64,000 nt of DNA from Chloroflexota bacterium (lineage in GTDB: Bacteria; Chloroflexota; Dehalococcoidia; Bin125). The stretch spans positions 76,835-140,834 of the forward strand of contig VXQT01000011.1 in the NCBI GenBank assembly GCA_009838915.1, given 5' to 3'. The position numbers and the translations under genes are program-made. This document shows, piece by piece, positions 27,504-36,612 of the stretch; within the stretch, counting starts at the first letter, position 1; each line of letters begins with the position of its first letter. Under the pieces are notes generated by a model, which worked only from the letters and a program-made list of their open reading frames with translations, had not been told where the DNA came from and did no database searches.

Positions 27504-28427
27504 ATGAGCGACCGCATTGGCATGGGGCTGGCCAACTTTCCCTTCTCCGACGTTGCCACGATGTGGCGCTGGATTGACCTCTGCGAAGACAACGATGTTG
27601 ATTCGATCTGGCAGACCGATCGGCTGATCTCACGTGAGCCGATTCTCGAGTCGATGACCTTCATGGCGGCGCTGGCGTCGAGGACCGAGAAGCTCAAGTT
27701 CGGCATGAACGTGGTCGTCGTCGGCTTCCGTGACCCGCTCGTGCTGGCCAAGCAGTGCGCGACAATTGACTTCCTCTCCAACGGTCGAATGCTGCCCGCC
27801 TTCGGCGTCGGCGGCGCGTTTGCGCCCGAGTGGAACGTGACCAATCGACAACTGCGAGGCCGGGCGCCGATCGCCGACGAGATGTTGGACATCATCCAGG
27901 GACTGTGGAACGAGGAGTCGTTCACCTATCACGGCGAGCATTTCACGTACGACAACGCGACCATCTCGCCGAAGCCGGTGCAGAATCCGCTGCCACTCTG
28001 GATCGGCGGACACAGCAAAGCCGCGATACGCCGCACGGCGAGGATCGGCACGGGCTGGGTCGCGGGCGTCCAGTCGGCGCATGAGGTGGGACCGATCATC
28101 GAGCAGATCAAGGCGGCGCTTGCCGAGGCCGGTCGCACGGATTACGAGCCGGATCACTTCGGCGCCGGATTCGCTTACCACTTCGGCTCCTGGGATGACG
28201 CCGACGTCCAGGACAGCATCACCGCAATCAAACGCCGACTACCGGACGTGGATCCCGCCACTTTCTACTCCGTGGGTACAGCAGAGGACATCCTTCACCG
28301 GGTCAACGAGTACCGCGTCGCGGGGGTGAGCAAGTTCATCATGCGTCCGGTTGCGCGCGGCGACGAGGCGATCATGTACCAATCGCAGCGCCTGTTCGAC
28401 GAGGTGCTGCCAGTCGTGCACGCCTGA
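27504..28427 (+). CDS. LLM-class flavin/F420-dependent oxidoreductase
   Basis: DSIWQTDRL, RDPLVLAKQCATIDFLSNGR, PKPVQ.PLPLWIGG. Confidence 0.9.
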   Translation: MSDRIGMGLANFPFSDVATMWRWIDLCEDNDVDSIWQTDRLISREPILESMTFMAALASRTEKLKFGMNVVVVGFRDPLVLAKQCATIDFLSNGRMLPAFGVGGAFAPEWNVTNRQLRGRAPIADEMLDIIQGLWNEESFTYHGEHFTYDNATISPKPVQNPLPLWIGGHSKAAIRRTARIGTGWVAGVQSAHEVGPIIEQIKAALAEAGRTDYEPDHFGAGFAYHFGSWDDADVQDSITAIKRRLPDVDPATFYSVGTAEDILHRVNEYRVAGVSKFIMRPVARGDEAIMYQSQRLFDEVLPVVHA

Positions 28428-28438
28428 GCGCGTTCCAA

Positions 28439-29428
28439 CTAGGGATACGACGGCAGCGGCAGATTCGGGAAGGAGCGCTTGACGCTCTTGACGACAGCCC
28501 GCTTCGCCGTCGCAGCGACGCTCTGTTCTTTGCCCAGTGCGCTCGCCGAGTCGGGCAGCACGTCTTCGTCACCCGCAACCAGCGGATCGCTCCAGCTCCG
28601 TAACTGCTCCATTGAGACATGACCGTCGATTCGGTCGCAGAATCGCGTGAATCGGCGCCACGGCTCGTCGCTTCGACGCGCCCTGGTGTACACCGCCCGA
28701 CCGGCGGCGATGCAGAGCGCGACGCCGCCGGCGACATCCCAGATGCGTGAGCCCTCGAACAGCGCCATCTGCACCGAGCCTTCAGCCGCGAGGGCCAGCT
28801 CGGTGGCGGTGCTGCCGAATGTTCGGGCGATGCCGAAACGCCGGCCGGCCGGGCCGGTCACGCCGCCGGTTCCAGCGGGGACGGTGCTCAATCGAGACGC
28901 TGCCTGCAAGTCCGGGCTATCGCTGTCGAAGGGTCTGTCATTGAACATGAGCGGACTGCCAGCCATGGCGTGATAGACACCGGGCCGGAGAAATCGATTC
29001 GAGGGCAGCCACAGAGCTCCGGCGACCGGTCGGCCTCGGTGCAGCACGCCGATCGAGCAGGCAAACAGACCGATGCCGTTGATGAAGTTCGATGTCCCAT
29101 CAAGCGGGTCAATGACCCAGACGATTTCGGCGTCGGTTGGTCCGCCGTTGTCCCGCTCCTCGCCCAGCACGCCGTGTGTGGGAAAGTGCTGATGCACTTC
29201 ATCGCGGATCAGATCTTCGATGGCGTGATCGACTTCTGTGACCGGATCGTGGGCGTTCTGACCTTTGAAGGAGACTTCGATCGTGGCGTGGAAGCGGTCG
29301 AGGAGGATGTCTCCGCCCTGCTGCGCCAGCGATCGCGCCGCCTCGGCGATCTCCTCTAATGCCGACTCCGACAAGTCGGATAGACCCGTTGAATCGTCCG
29401 GCGCGGCAGTATCGGTCACATCGGGCAT
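28439..29428 (-). CDS. Inositol monophosphatase family protein
   Basis: DPVTEVD, LGEE, WVIDPLDGTSNF, WDVAGG. Confidence 0.9.
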   Translation of the reverse strand: MPDVTDTAAPDDSTGLSDLSESALEEIAEAARSLAQQGGDILLDRFHATIEVSFKGQNAHDPVTEVDHAIEDLIRDEVHQHFPTHGVLGEERDNGGPTDAEIVWVIDPLDGTSNFINGIGLFACSIGVLHRGRPVAGALWLPSNRFLRPGVYHAMAGSPLMFNDRPFDSDSPDLQAASRLSTVPAGTGGVTGPAGRRFGIARTFGSTATELALAAEGSVQMALFEGSRIWDVAGGVALCIAAGRAVYTRARRSDEPWRRFTRFCDRIDGHVSMEQLRSWSDPLVAGDEDVLPDSASALGKEQSVAATAKRAVVKSVKRSFPNLPLPSYP

Positions 29429-29434
29429 AGCAGC

Positions 29435-29444
29435 AGGGTACCCT
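29435..29444. promoter_or_regulatory. Palindromic overlapping -10 elements (AGGGTACCCT), putative bidirectional promoter
   Basis: TACCCT on both strands between divergent genes; the minus copy is 6 nt from ATG 29428. Confidence 0.5.
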
Positions 29445-29485
29445 TTGGACTGCTACCTGCACCCCCTACGGAAGGGTCCTGTGCG

Positions 29486-30736
29486 ATGTCTAACCTACAG
29501 TCAACATCCGGCCGGGCGGAGCGACGATCCACCGGCCCCGGTCAGGCGACGGTGCGCGCAGGTCGTTCGGGAGCGTCCGCAGCGGTCGGGTTCGAGGCGG
29601 AGTGGGAAGCGGCCTGTCAGACGGCGCTCGACGGGATCGATCTGTCCGCGACACCCGATCTGCTCCTGGTCTTCGTCGATTCCCGCTTTGCCGGCCACTA
29701 CGAGCAGATCATCGGTCGCCTCCGCGAGGCCACCGGAGCGCGGCACCTGATTGGCGCATCGGGACAGAGCGTGATTGGCTCTTCGCTCGAGGCGGAGGAA
29801 GGCTCGGCGATCGCGGCGCTTGGGTTCTGCTTGCCGGACGCCGAGTTCACGTCGCTGCCGATCGACCCCGAGCGCATGGACGACAGCGTCTTCGCGCCTA
29901 TCCAGGACGGTCCTGAGGTCTGGCTGATGTTCAGCAATCCGTTCACGATCATGACCGACCGACTGGTCGGTCACTTGCAGCAACTGCGCCCGGAGGTCGT
30001 GTTGCTTGGCGGGATGGCCTCGTCGCATCGTCAGCAGGAGGGCTGCGCCGTGTTCATCGACGACCAGGTGCTGATGAGCGGCGCGGCGATGATGGGCCTG
30101 AGCGGAGTCTCGGTGCGTCCCGTAGTGGCCCAGGGCGCCGAGCCGTTGGGCCAGCCCTGGATCGTGACCGAGTGCGAGGCCAACACGCTCAAGACCCTGG
30201 GCTCTCGATCCGCGCTCGAGGTGCTGCAGGAGACGCTCTTCGGCCTTGACGACGCAACGCGAGATCGGGCGGCGCGCAACCTGCTCGTCGGCCTGGCCAT
30301 GGACGAGTACAAGGACATCCACGAGCGCGGCGACTTCCTGATCCGCAACGTCATGGGCGCCGACCGCGAGTCGGGTGTGGTGGCGATCAACGCGATCCCG
30401 AGGGTCGGCCAGACGCTGCAGTTCCAGTATCGCGACGCGCAGGCCGCCGACGACGATTTGCGCGCGCGCCTCATTGACCTGAGAGAGGCGCTGGAGCCGG
30501 AGGAGGAGGTGCTCGGCGCGCTGCTCTGCTCCTGCAACGGCCGCGGCCGCGGCCTGTTCGGCGAGCCGGACCACGACGCCTCAGCGCTCTCCGAGATCTT
30601 CGGTCCCGTACCAACCGCCGGCTTCTTCTGCAACGGAGAGATCGGCCCGGTCGGAGGCGAGAACTACCTGCACGGCTTCACCGCCTCGATCGCGGTGCTG
30701 ACGTCGCGCGTGGGAAGCTCAATCGGGTCACAGTGA
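29486..30736 (+). CDS. FIST domain protein (FIST_N + FIST_C, NosP-like)
   Basis: LLGGMAS, VAQGAEPLG, FLIRNVMG, SCNGRG, AGFFCNGEIGPVGGENYLHGFTAS; start uncertain. Confidence 0.88.
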   Translation: MSNLQSTSGRAERRSTGPGQATVRAGRSGASAAVGFEAEWEAACQTALDGIDLSATPDLLLVFVDSRFAGHYEQIIGRLREATGARHLIGASGQSVIGSSLEAEEGSAIAALGFCLPDAEFTSLPIDPERMDDSVFAPIQDGPEVWLMFSNPFTIMTDRLVGHLQQLRPEVVLLGGMASSHRQQEGCAVFIDDQVLMSGAAMMGLSGVSVRPVVAQGAEPLGQPWIVTECEANTLKTLGSRSALEVLQETLFGLDDATRDRAARNLLVGLAMDEYKDIHERGDFLIRNVMGADRESGVVAINAIPRVGQTLQFQYRDAQAADDDLRARLIDLREALEPEEEVLGALLCSCNGRGRGLFGEPDHDASALSEIFGPVPTAGFFCNGEIGPVGGENYLHGFTASIAVLTSRVGSSIGSQ

Positions 30737-30834
30737 GCGGGAGACGAGCGCCGGACAGGTCGACTCGCCGGTGCCTTGAACGCTTGTGATCTTGTAGGTG
30801 TCTCGCCGGCGATTCACGTGTTCCTGGACTTCGA

Positions 30835-31104
30835 CTAACTCACTCCCCCGCTGATCTGCGGCACGATGGAGATCTCCGCGCCTTCGGGCACTTTGGTGAT
30901 CAGGCCGGTTGAGACGACGTCTCCGTTGATGGCGAGGGAGAGGCCTCGGCCGATTCGGTCTCCGTTGACGAGACGCTCGGCCAGATCGGGATAGCGCGGG
31001 GCGAGGTCGCGGATGACCGCCCGAATGTTATGACCCTCAGCCGTCAGGACGGCCTCGCCGTCGGTGAGGGTCCTGAGCGACTGGGGGACGAGGACGGTGA
31101 CCAT
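30835..31104 (-). CDS. MoaD/ThiS family sulfur carrier with GG-VS C-terminus
   Basis: VLVPQSLRTLT.G, AINGD, EISIVPQISGG then VS-stop; directly downstream of molybdoenzyme genes. Confidence 0.85.
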   Translation of the reverse strand: MVTVLVPQSLRTLTDGEAVLTAEGHNIRAVIRDLAPRYPDLAERLVNGDRIGRGLSLAINGDVVSTGLITKVPEGAEISIVPQISGGVS

Positions 31105-31127
31105 GGCTCGAAGAGGATCTGAGGGGA

Positions 31128-31213
31128 GCCCCCCTCTGCCTTCGGCATCTCCCCCCAGAGGGGGGAGAAAAGAATCGGCTTTCGGCATCTCCCCCCGCTT
31201 TGCGGGGGGAGAG
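31128..31213. repeat. Tandem family A repeats (one full, one partial)
   Basis: gcccccctctgccttcggcatctccccccagaggggggaga then ctttcggcatctccccccgctttgcggggggagag. Confidence 0.88.
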
Positions 31214-31265
31214 TGAAACCAAGTTGCGTTGCCAGCTCCCCCCGGAGGAGGAACGGGAACGCAGC

Positions 31266-33569
31266 TTAGTCCTCGTCGAGCACGGTGGCGTCGAGGATGG
31301 CTCGCGGGGACATCGGCAGCTCGGTCATGTGCACGCCGATCGCGTTGGCGATCGCGGCGCGGACTGCCGGGGCCGGCGGGATGATCGGCACCTCGCCGAC
31401 GCCGCGCACGCCGTATGGGTGGCCGGGATTCGGCACCTCGACGATGATCGGCTCGATCATGGGCAGGTCGAGCGCGGTCGGCATGCGGTAGTCGAGCAGG
31501 CTGGCGTTCTTGAGATCGCCAGAGTCGTCGTAGAAGTACTCCTCGTTCAGCGCCATGCCGACGCCCTGCGCGACGCCGCCCTGCATCTGTCCCTCGACGT
31601 AGGCAGGGTGAATCGCTGTGCCGGCGTCCTGGACGGCGGTGTAGCGGAGGATATCCACCTTGCCGGTGTCCGGGTCGACTTCGACATCAACGATGTGCGT
31701 GGCGAACGCGGGACCGCTGGAGGTCTTGTTCACGTCGGCGCGGCCGACGATGTGGCCGCCGCTGGTCGCGAGCTGGCCGGCCAGCTCCTTGAACGTGAAC
31801 TGGCGGTCGTTGCCGTCCTCGTCGGCAGGGCCGCGAATGATGGCATCGTCGCCGTAGGTGACATCGTCGGCCTCGCACTCCCAGACCTGGGCGGCGCGCT
31901 GTTCCATCTGCTTGCGGATGTCCATCGCGCATTCGTAGGCGGCCCAACCGCCGGCGAAGGTCGTGCGCGATCCGCCCGTGACCTGCGTGTAGCCGACGGA
32001 GTTCGTGTCGACCACGTGCGGGTGGACGTCGTCGGAGGAGATGCCGAGCGTCTCGGCGAGCTGCATCGCGATTGAGGCGCGTGTGCCGCCGATATCGGTT
32101 GAGCCGAGCACCAGCGGGACGGTGCCGTCGCCGTTGACCTGGGCGTAGGCCGAGGACTCGAAGCCGATGTTGAACCAGAAGCCCTGGGCGACGCCGCGGC
32201 CGCGGTTGGGGCCCTCCAGCTCCGACTGCCAGTGCGGCGATTCCTGAGCGGCGGTCATGCACTCGACGTTGCCGATCACGCCGAAGGGCATCCCGGCGGC
32301 GGTCGTGTTGCCCTCAACGCTGGCGTTCTTGAGCCGCATCTCGAGCGGGTCCTGACCGATCTGCTCGGCCAGCTCGTTGAGCACCGACTCGGTCGCGAAC
32401 TCGGCTTGCGGAGCGCCGGGCGCTCGGTAGGCAGCCGTCTTGGGCTTGTTGACGACCACATCGTAGCCATCGATTTTCTGGTTCGCGATGTCGTAGGGCG
32501 CGAGCGAACACATCGCGCCTGCGCCGACCGGCGAACCAGGGTAGGCGCCCGCCTCGAATGCCAGGTGGACGTCGGCTGCGGTGATTGTGCCGTCGTTCTT
32601 GGCCCCCATGCGCACGCGCATGTAGGTGCCCGAGGTCGGACCGGTGGCGAGCAGCACTTCCTCGCGGTTCATGGTCAACTTGACGGGGCGGCCGGTCTTC
32701 TGCGAGAGCAGCGCGGCCAGCGGCTCGAGGTAGACGGGAATCTTGCCGCCGAATCCGCCGCCGATCTCCATCGGCGTCACCTTGACCTGCGAGGGCGAAA
32801 GCTGAAGCAGGGGAGCGACCGAGTCACGAACCACGAACGCGCCCTGCGTCGAGGTCCAGATGTCGAGCGTGCCGTCGGCGCGCCAGTACGCCGTGCCGTT
32901 GTGCGGCTCGATGTAGCCCTGGTGCGCCATTGAGGTCTCGAACTCGCGCTCAATGACCACGTCGGCCTCGGCGAAGCCATCCTCGGTGTCGCCCTTGGTG
33001 AACTGGAGGTGCGACGCCGTGTTGCTGGCGCTGTCGCTGGTTGAACCGTCCAGCTCTTTGGTGTGCAGGCTGTCGTGCAGCAGGGGCGAGCCGTCAACCA
33101 TCGCATCGCGCACATCAAGCACCGGCGTGAGCACGTCGTACTTGACCTCGATCAGCTCGAGCGCGTCTTCGGCAATGTGGTGATCGGTGGCGGCAACCGC
33201 GGCAACGGCGTGGCCCTTGTAGAGGACCTTGTCCGAGGCGATCACGTTGTCCAGCACCCAGCGCAGATTGGCGGTGCCTTCGCCGGTGTCGATCTCGGCG
33301 TCGGCGGCGCGGGGGAAGTCGGCGTTAGTGATCACCGCCTTGACCCCATCCAGCGCTTCGGCCTTCGAAGTGTCGATGCTGACGATCCGCGCGTGCGCGT
33401 GCGGACTGCGCAGGACGCGTCCCGCGAGCATGCCGGGCAAGCTCAGGTCTGCGCCGTATTGCGCTGCGCCGGTGACCTTGTCGACGCCGTCGTGACGAAT
33501 CGGTCGGGTACCGATGACGTTGTACTGCTCGGTTTCCTTGGACTGCGGTTGCGACTGAGCGGTGACCAT
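31266..33569 (-). CDS. Xanthine dehydrogenase family molybdopterin-binding large subunit
   Basis: LRSPHAHARI, HQGYIEPH, IGGGFGGK, AYRAPG, EGQMQGG, GVRGVGE. Confidence 0.93.
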   Translation of the reverse strand: MVTAQSQPQSKETEQYNVIGTRPIRHDGVDKVTGAAQYGADLSLPGMLAGRVLRSPHAHARIVSIDTSKAEALDGVKAVITNADFPRAADAEIDTGEGTANLRWVLDNVIASDKVLYKGHAVAAVAATDHHIAEDALELIEVKYDVLTPVLDVRDAMVDGSPLLHDSLHTKELDGSTSDSASNTASHLQFTKGDTEDGFAEADVVIEREFETSMAHQGYIEPHNGTAYWRADGTLDIWTSTQGAFVVRDSVAPLLQLSPSQVKVTPMEIGGGFGGKIPVYLEPLAALLSQKTGRPVKLTMNREEVLLATGPTSGTYMRVRMGAKNDGTITAADVHLAFEAGAYPGSPVGAGAMCSLAPYDIANQKIDGYDVVVNKPKTAAYRAPGAPQAEFATESVLNELAEQIGQDPLEMRLKNASVEGNTTAAGMPFGVIGNVECMTAAQESPHWQSELEGPNRGRGVAQGFWFNIGFESSAYAQVNGDGTVPLVLGSTDIGGTRASIAMQLAETLGISSDDVHPHVVDTNSVGYTQVTGGSRTTFAGGWAAYECAMDIRKQMEQRAAQVWECEADDVTYGDDAIIRGPADEDGNDRQFTFKELAGQLATSGGHIVGRADVNKTSSGPAFATHIVDVEVDPDTGKVDILRYTAVQDAGTAIHPAYVEGQMQGGVAQGVGMALNEEYFYDDSGDLKNASLLDYRMPTALDLPMIEPIIVEVPNPGHPYGVRGVGEVPIIPPAPAVRAAIANAIGVHMTELPMSPRAILDATVLDED

Positions 33570-33619
33570 GGGGGATGTCCTCTCGTGCGGTCGGATCTCG
33601 TATCGGTCAGATGGCGCCG

Positions 33620-34099
33620 CTAGACGACGCTCTGTCCGGCCGCCTGCTGGACGGCCTTGATGATCTTGTCGTAGCCGGTGCAGCGGCAGAGGTTGCCGGC
33701 CAGCCAGTAGCGGATTTCGTGTTCGGATGGGTCGGGGTTCTGCTCAAGCAACGATTCCGCCGCGACGAGGAAGCCGGGCGTGCAGATGCCGCACTGGAGC
33801 GCGGCCTGCTCGAGGAAGGCGTTCTGCAGCGGGGTGAGCTGGTCGCCCATGGCCAGGCCCTCAACTGTGCGAATCTCGGCGCCCTCGCACTCGGCCGCCA
33901 TGACCAGGCAGCTATTGACGATCCGCCCGTCCATGTTCACGCAGCAGGCGCCGCAGTTGCCGTTGTTGCAGCCCTCTTTCGCTCCGGTCAGGCCGATGCG
34001 GTCCCGCAGCGCCTCCAGCAATGAGTCCCGCTCATTGGCGAGGAAGGTCTGCGACTCCCCGTTGATCGTGCAGTTGACGACGATGTGTTCGGTTGCCAT
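33620..34099 (-). CDS. Xanthine dehydrogenase family 2Fe-2S small subunit
   Basis: KEGCNNGNCGAC, QCGICTPG, NLCRCTGY. Confidence 0.93.
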   Translation of the reverse strand: MATEHIVVNCTINGESQTFLANERDSLLEALRDRIGLTGAKEGCNNGNCGACCVNMDGRIVNSCLVMAAECEGAEIRTVEGLAMGDQLTPLQNAFLEQAALQCGICTPGFLVAAESLLEQNPDPSEHEIRYWLAGNLCRCTGYDKIIKAVQQAAGQSVV

Positions 34100-34145
34100 T
34101 CAATCGTGTCCTTTGGTGTTGATTCGGATCTGCTGGTTCCCTTGA

Positions 34146-35012
34146 TCAGGCGGCGCGCTCGGCGGCCTGGCGGATGGTGCGCTCGGTCAGCACGCCGGCG
34201 AGGTGCACCCGCTGGCGAATGCTGCCGCGCATGTCGTCGATCGGACTTGCGGCCGCGCGCGATGCTGCGGCAGCCGCCGCAATTGAGTCTTCGCTGAGCG
34301 GTTGGCCGACCAGCGCCTCCGCTGCCTCGGAGACGAGCAGCGGCGTCGGGGCGACCGCGCCGATCGCGACGCGAGCCCAGGCGACCGAGCCGTCGCCGTT
34401 GAGTCGAAGTTGAGTCGCAGCGTTGGTCACCGCGATGTCCATCTCGTTGCGCGGGATGAAGCGCAGGAAGCGGGCGCCGGAACCCTCGGCGGGCGCCGGG
34501 AAGCTGAGGCTGACCACGAACTCGCCGCTGCCCAGGACGTTACGTCCGGGCGATGTGCAGAAGTCCTCAACCGCCACCGTACGACGACCGTTCGGACCTG
34601 CGATCTCTACCTGAGCTTCCAGCACGATCAGCGATGGAATGCCGTCGGCAGCCGGTGAGGAGTTGCACAGGTTGCCGCCCAATGACGCGCGACCCTGGAT
34701 TGCGGTGCCGCCGATCAACGAGCAGGAGTCGACCAGGATCGGAAAGCGTTCGGCGATCGTGTCGTCGCCGTAGATCTGGTAACAGGGCGTTGCCGCACCG
34801 ATGGTCAGGCTGCCGTCGGCGCCGTGCTGGATGTCGACCACCTCGGGGATGTGCTTGATGTCGACGAACAGATCGATGTCCCGTGTGCGCTCTCGAGCCT
34901 GCACGATGACATCAGTACCGCCGGCCAGCGGGCGCGCGCCGTCGCCGCCTTCCTGGAGCAGCCGGACTGCATCTTCCACGCTCTCGGCGCGGGCGTATTT
35001 GACCGCTTGCAC
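34146..35012 (-). CDS. Xanthine dehydrogenase family FAD-binding medium subunit
   Basis: PLAGGTD, ASLGGNLCNSSPAAD, GAVAPTP; GTG start after gaggagg. Confidence 0.93.
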   Translation of the reverse strand: MQAVKYARAESVEDAVRLLQEGGDGARPLAGGTDVIVQARERTRDIDLFVDIKHIPEVVDIQHGADGSLTIGAATPCYQIYGDDTIAERFPILVDSCSLIGGTAIQGRASLGGNLCNSSPAADGIPSLIVLEAQVEIAGPNGRRTVAVEDFCTSPGRNVLGSGEFVVSLSFPAPAEGSGARFLRFIPRNEMDIAVTNAATQLRLNGDGSVAWARVAIGAVAPTPLLVSEAAEALVGQPLSEDSIAAAAAASRAAASPIDDMRGSIRQRVHLAGVLTERTIRQAAERAA

Positions 35013-35153
35013 GTAATCCGCCTCCTCATGTTCCGCGCCGGATCGGCGCTCATGTACCGATGCAAGGTCAACTGGCGTTCACGTCCTGCGGAGAAGCCAG
35101 GACGCTGCATGACCGCAAGAAGTGTAGCGTACGCGGGCAGTTGACCATCCGAC

Positions 35154-36506
35154 TCAGAAGCGCGGCCTGACCGTGCGCAGCACGGCGAATCCCAGTACCG
35201 CAGCCACGATCGATGCAGCGAAGATGCCGATCTTCGCGCCTTCGAGCAGATCTTCCTGATCGCTGGCGAAGCTGAGATTAGCGATGAAGATCGCCACAGT
35301 GAATCCGATGCCGGCCAGCAGCGCCGCCCCGCCCAGGTGGGACCAGTTGAGTTGCTGCGGCTTGAAGGCGATGCCGAGACGGATCGCCAGGGCGGAGGCG
35401 CCCAGAATCCCCACGACCTTACCCAGGAGCAACCCAAGGAAAATGCCCCAGGCAATGTTGGAACTGAGTGCTGCGTCGATACTGTCGCCGGTGATGTGAA
35501 TGCCCGCATTGGCCAGGGCGAAGATCGGCACGACGAAAAACGCGGAGATCGGCGCCATGGTCTCTTCAAGATGTTCAAGCGGACTGAGGCCTTCCTTGGC
35601 CACGTGCTCGATATTGCGCAGGGCCTCGTGCGAGTCGTGTTCGCGTACCGCCGGATCCGGGTCTTCCTGCACATATCGCAGCCGCTGGAGCAGATAGTCG
35701 AATCGACGCGCGATGCCCCTGTCGTCATACAGCGCGTCAGCCGGGACGATCAGGCCGAGAATCACGCCGGCAAGCGTCGCGTGTACGCCCGCCTCCCAGA
35801 GCGTCAGCCAGAGGAACACCCCGCCGACCGCGTGAATGGCCATGTGGCGAAATCCCATTTGCTTGAGCAGGAGGAGGAAGCCGATCGCGCCGATCATCCC
35901 GGCGATCCACTCCAGCTGGATCGACTCGGAGTAGAAGATGGCGATGATCAGGATGCCGCCGACATCGTCGGCCACGGCGAGCGTGAGCAGGAACACCTTG
36001 AGCTGGACCGGCACGCCCTTGCCGACCAGGGCCAGCACGCCCAGGGCGAAGGCGATGTCGGTCGCAACTGGTATTCCCCAGCCGGAGCTGCCGTCGCCGC
36101 CTGCGTTAAGCGCGGCATAGAGCGCCGCAGGAACGATCATGCCGCCCAGCGCGGCGACGATGGGCAGCGCCGCCTGGCGTGGATCCCGCAGCTCCCCGTG
36201 GGTGAACTCGCGCTTGATCTCGGCCCCGACCACGAGGAAGAACACGACCATCAACACGTCGTTGACGACGTGCTGCAGTGACTGATCGAACGACCAGATC
36301 GAGAGATCGATGCTGATGTGGGCGTGCCAGAACGCGTCGTAGGAACCGAAATCGATGTTGGCCCAGGCCAGAGCGATGGCCGCCGCCACGACCAGCACGA
36401 TGCCGCCCGCCGCCTCGATCTCCATGAACCGCAACGTCGTTTGCACGACCAGCCGGCGGAATGGATCGTCGCCCTCGCGCCACCGAGGTCGGAACAGATC
36501 AGCCAT
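35154..36506 (-). CDS. nhaA: Na+/H+ antiporter NhaA
   Basis: VNDVLM.VFF, EIKRE, GWGIPVATDIAFALG, AVADD, GVHAT, LAGIGFT. Confidence 0.93.
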   Translation of the reverse strand: MADLFRPRWREGDDPFRRLVVQTTLRFMEIEAAGGIVLVVAAAIALAWANIDFGSYDAFWHAHISIDLSIWSFDQSLQHVVNDVLMVVFFLVVGAEIKREFTHGELRDPRQAALPIVAALGGMIVPAALYAALNAGGDGSSGWGIPVATDIAFALGVLALVGKGVPVQLKVFLLTLAVADDVGGILIIAIFYSESIQLEWIAGMIGAIGFLLLLKQMGFRHMAIHAVGGVFLWLTLWEAGVHATLAGVILGLIVPADALYDDRGIARRFDYLLQRLRYVQEDPDPAVREHDSHEALRNIEHVAKEGLSPLEHLEETMAPISAFFVVPIFALANAGIHITGDSIDAALSSNIAWGIFLGLLLGKVVGILGASALAIRLGIAFKPQQLNWSHLGGAALLAGIGFTVAIFIANLSFASDQEDLLEGAKIGIFAASIVAAVLGFAVLRTVRPRF

Positions 36507-36612
36507 GCGGGGCCTTCGCCTTCACCCAGAGTCTCCCTGCTCAGGCGCTGCGATGCAGTTCTCTAACCGTGAGCATCCTACCGCGCCGCCCGAGGCGGTT
36601 GAATGACGAAGC

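Noticed and set aside
31266-33569. Aerobic CO dehydrogenase CoxL
   Set aside because: Loop is AYRAPG, lacking the Cu-binding Cys motif AYXCSFR; no cox accessory genes.
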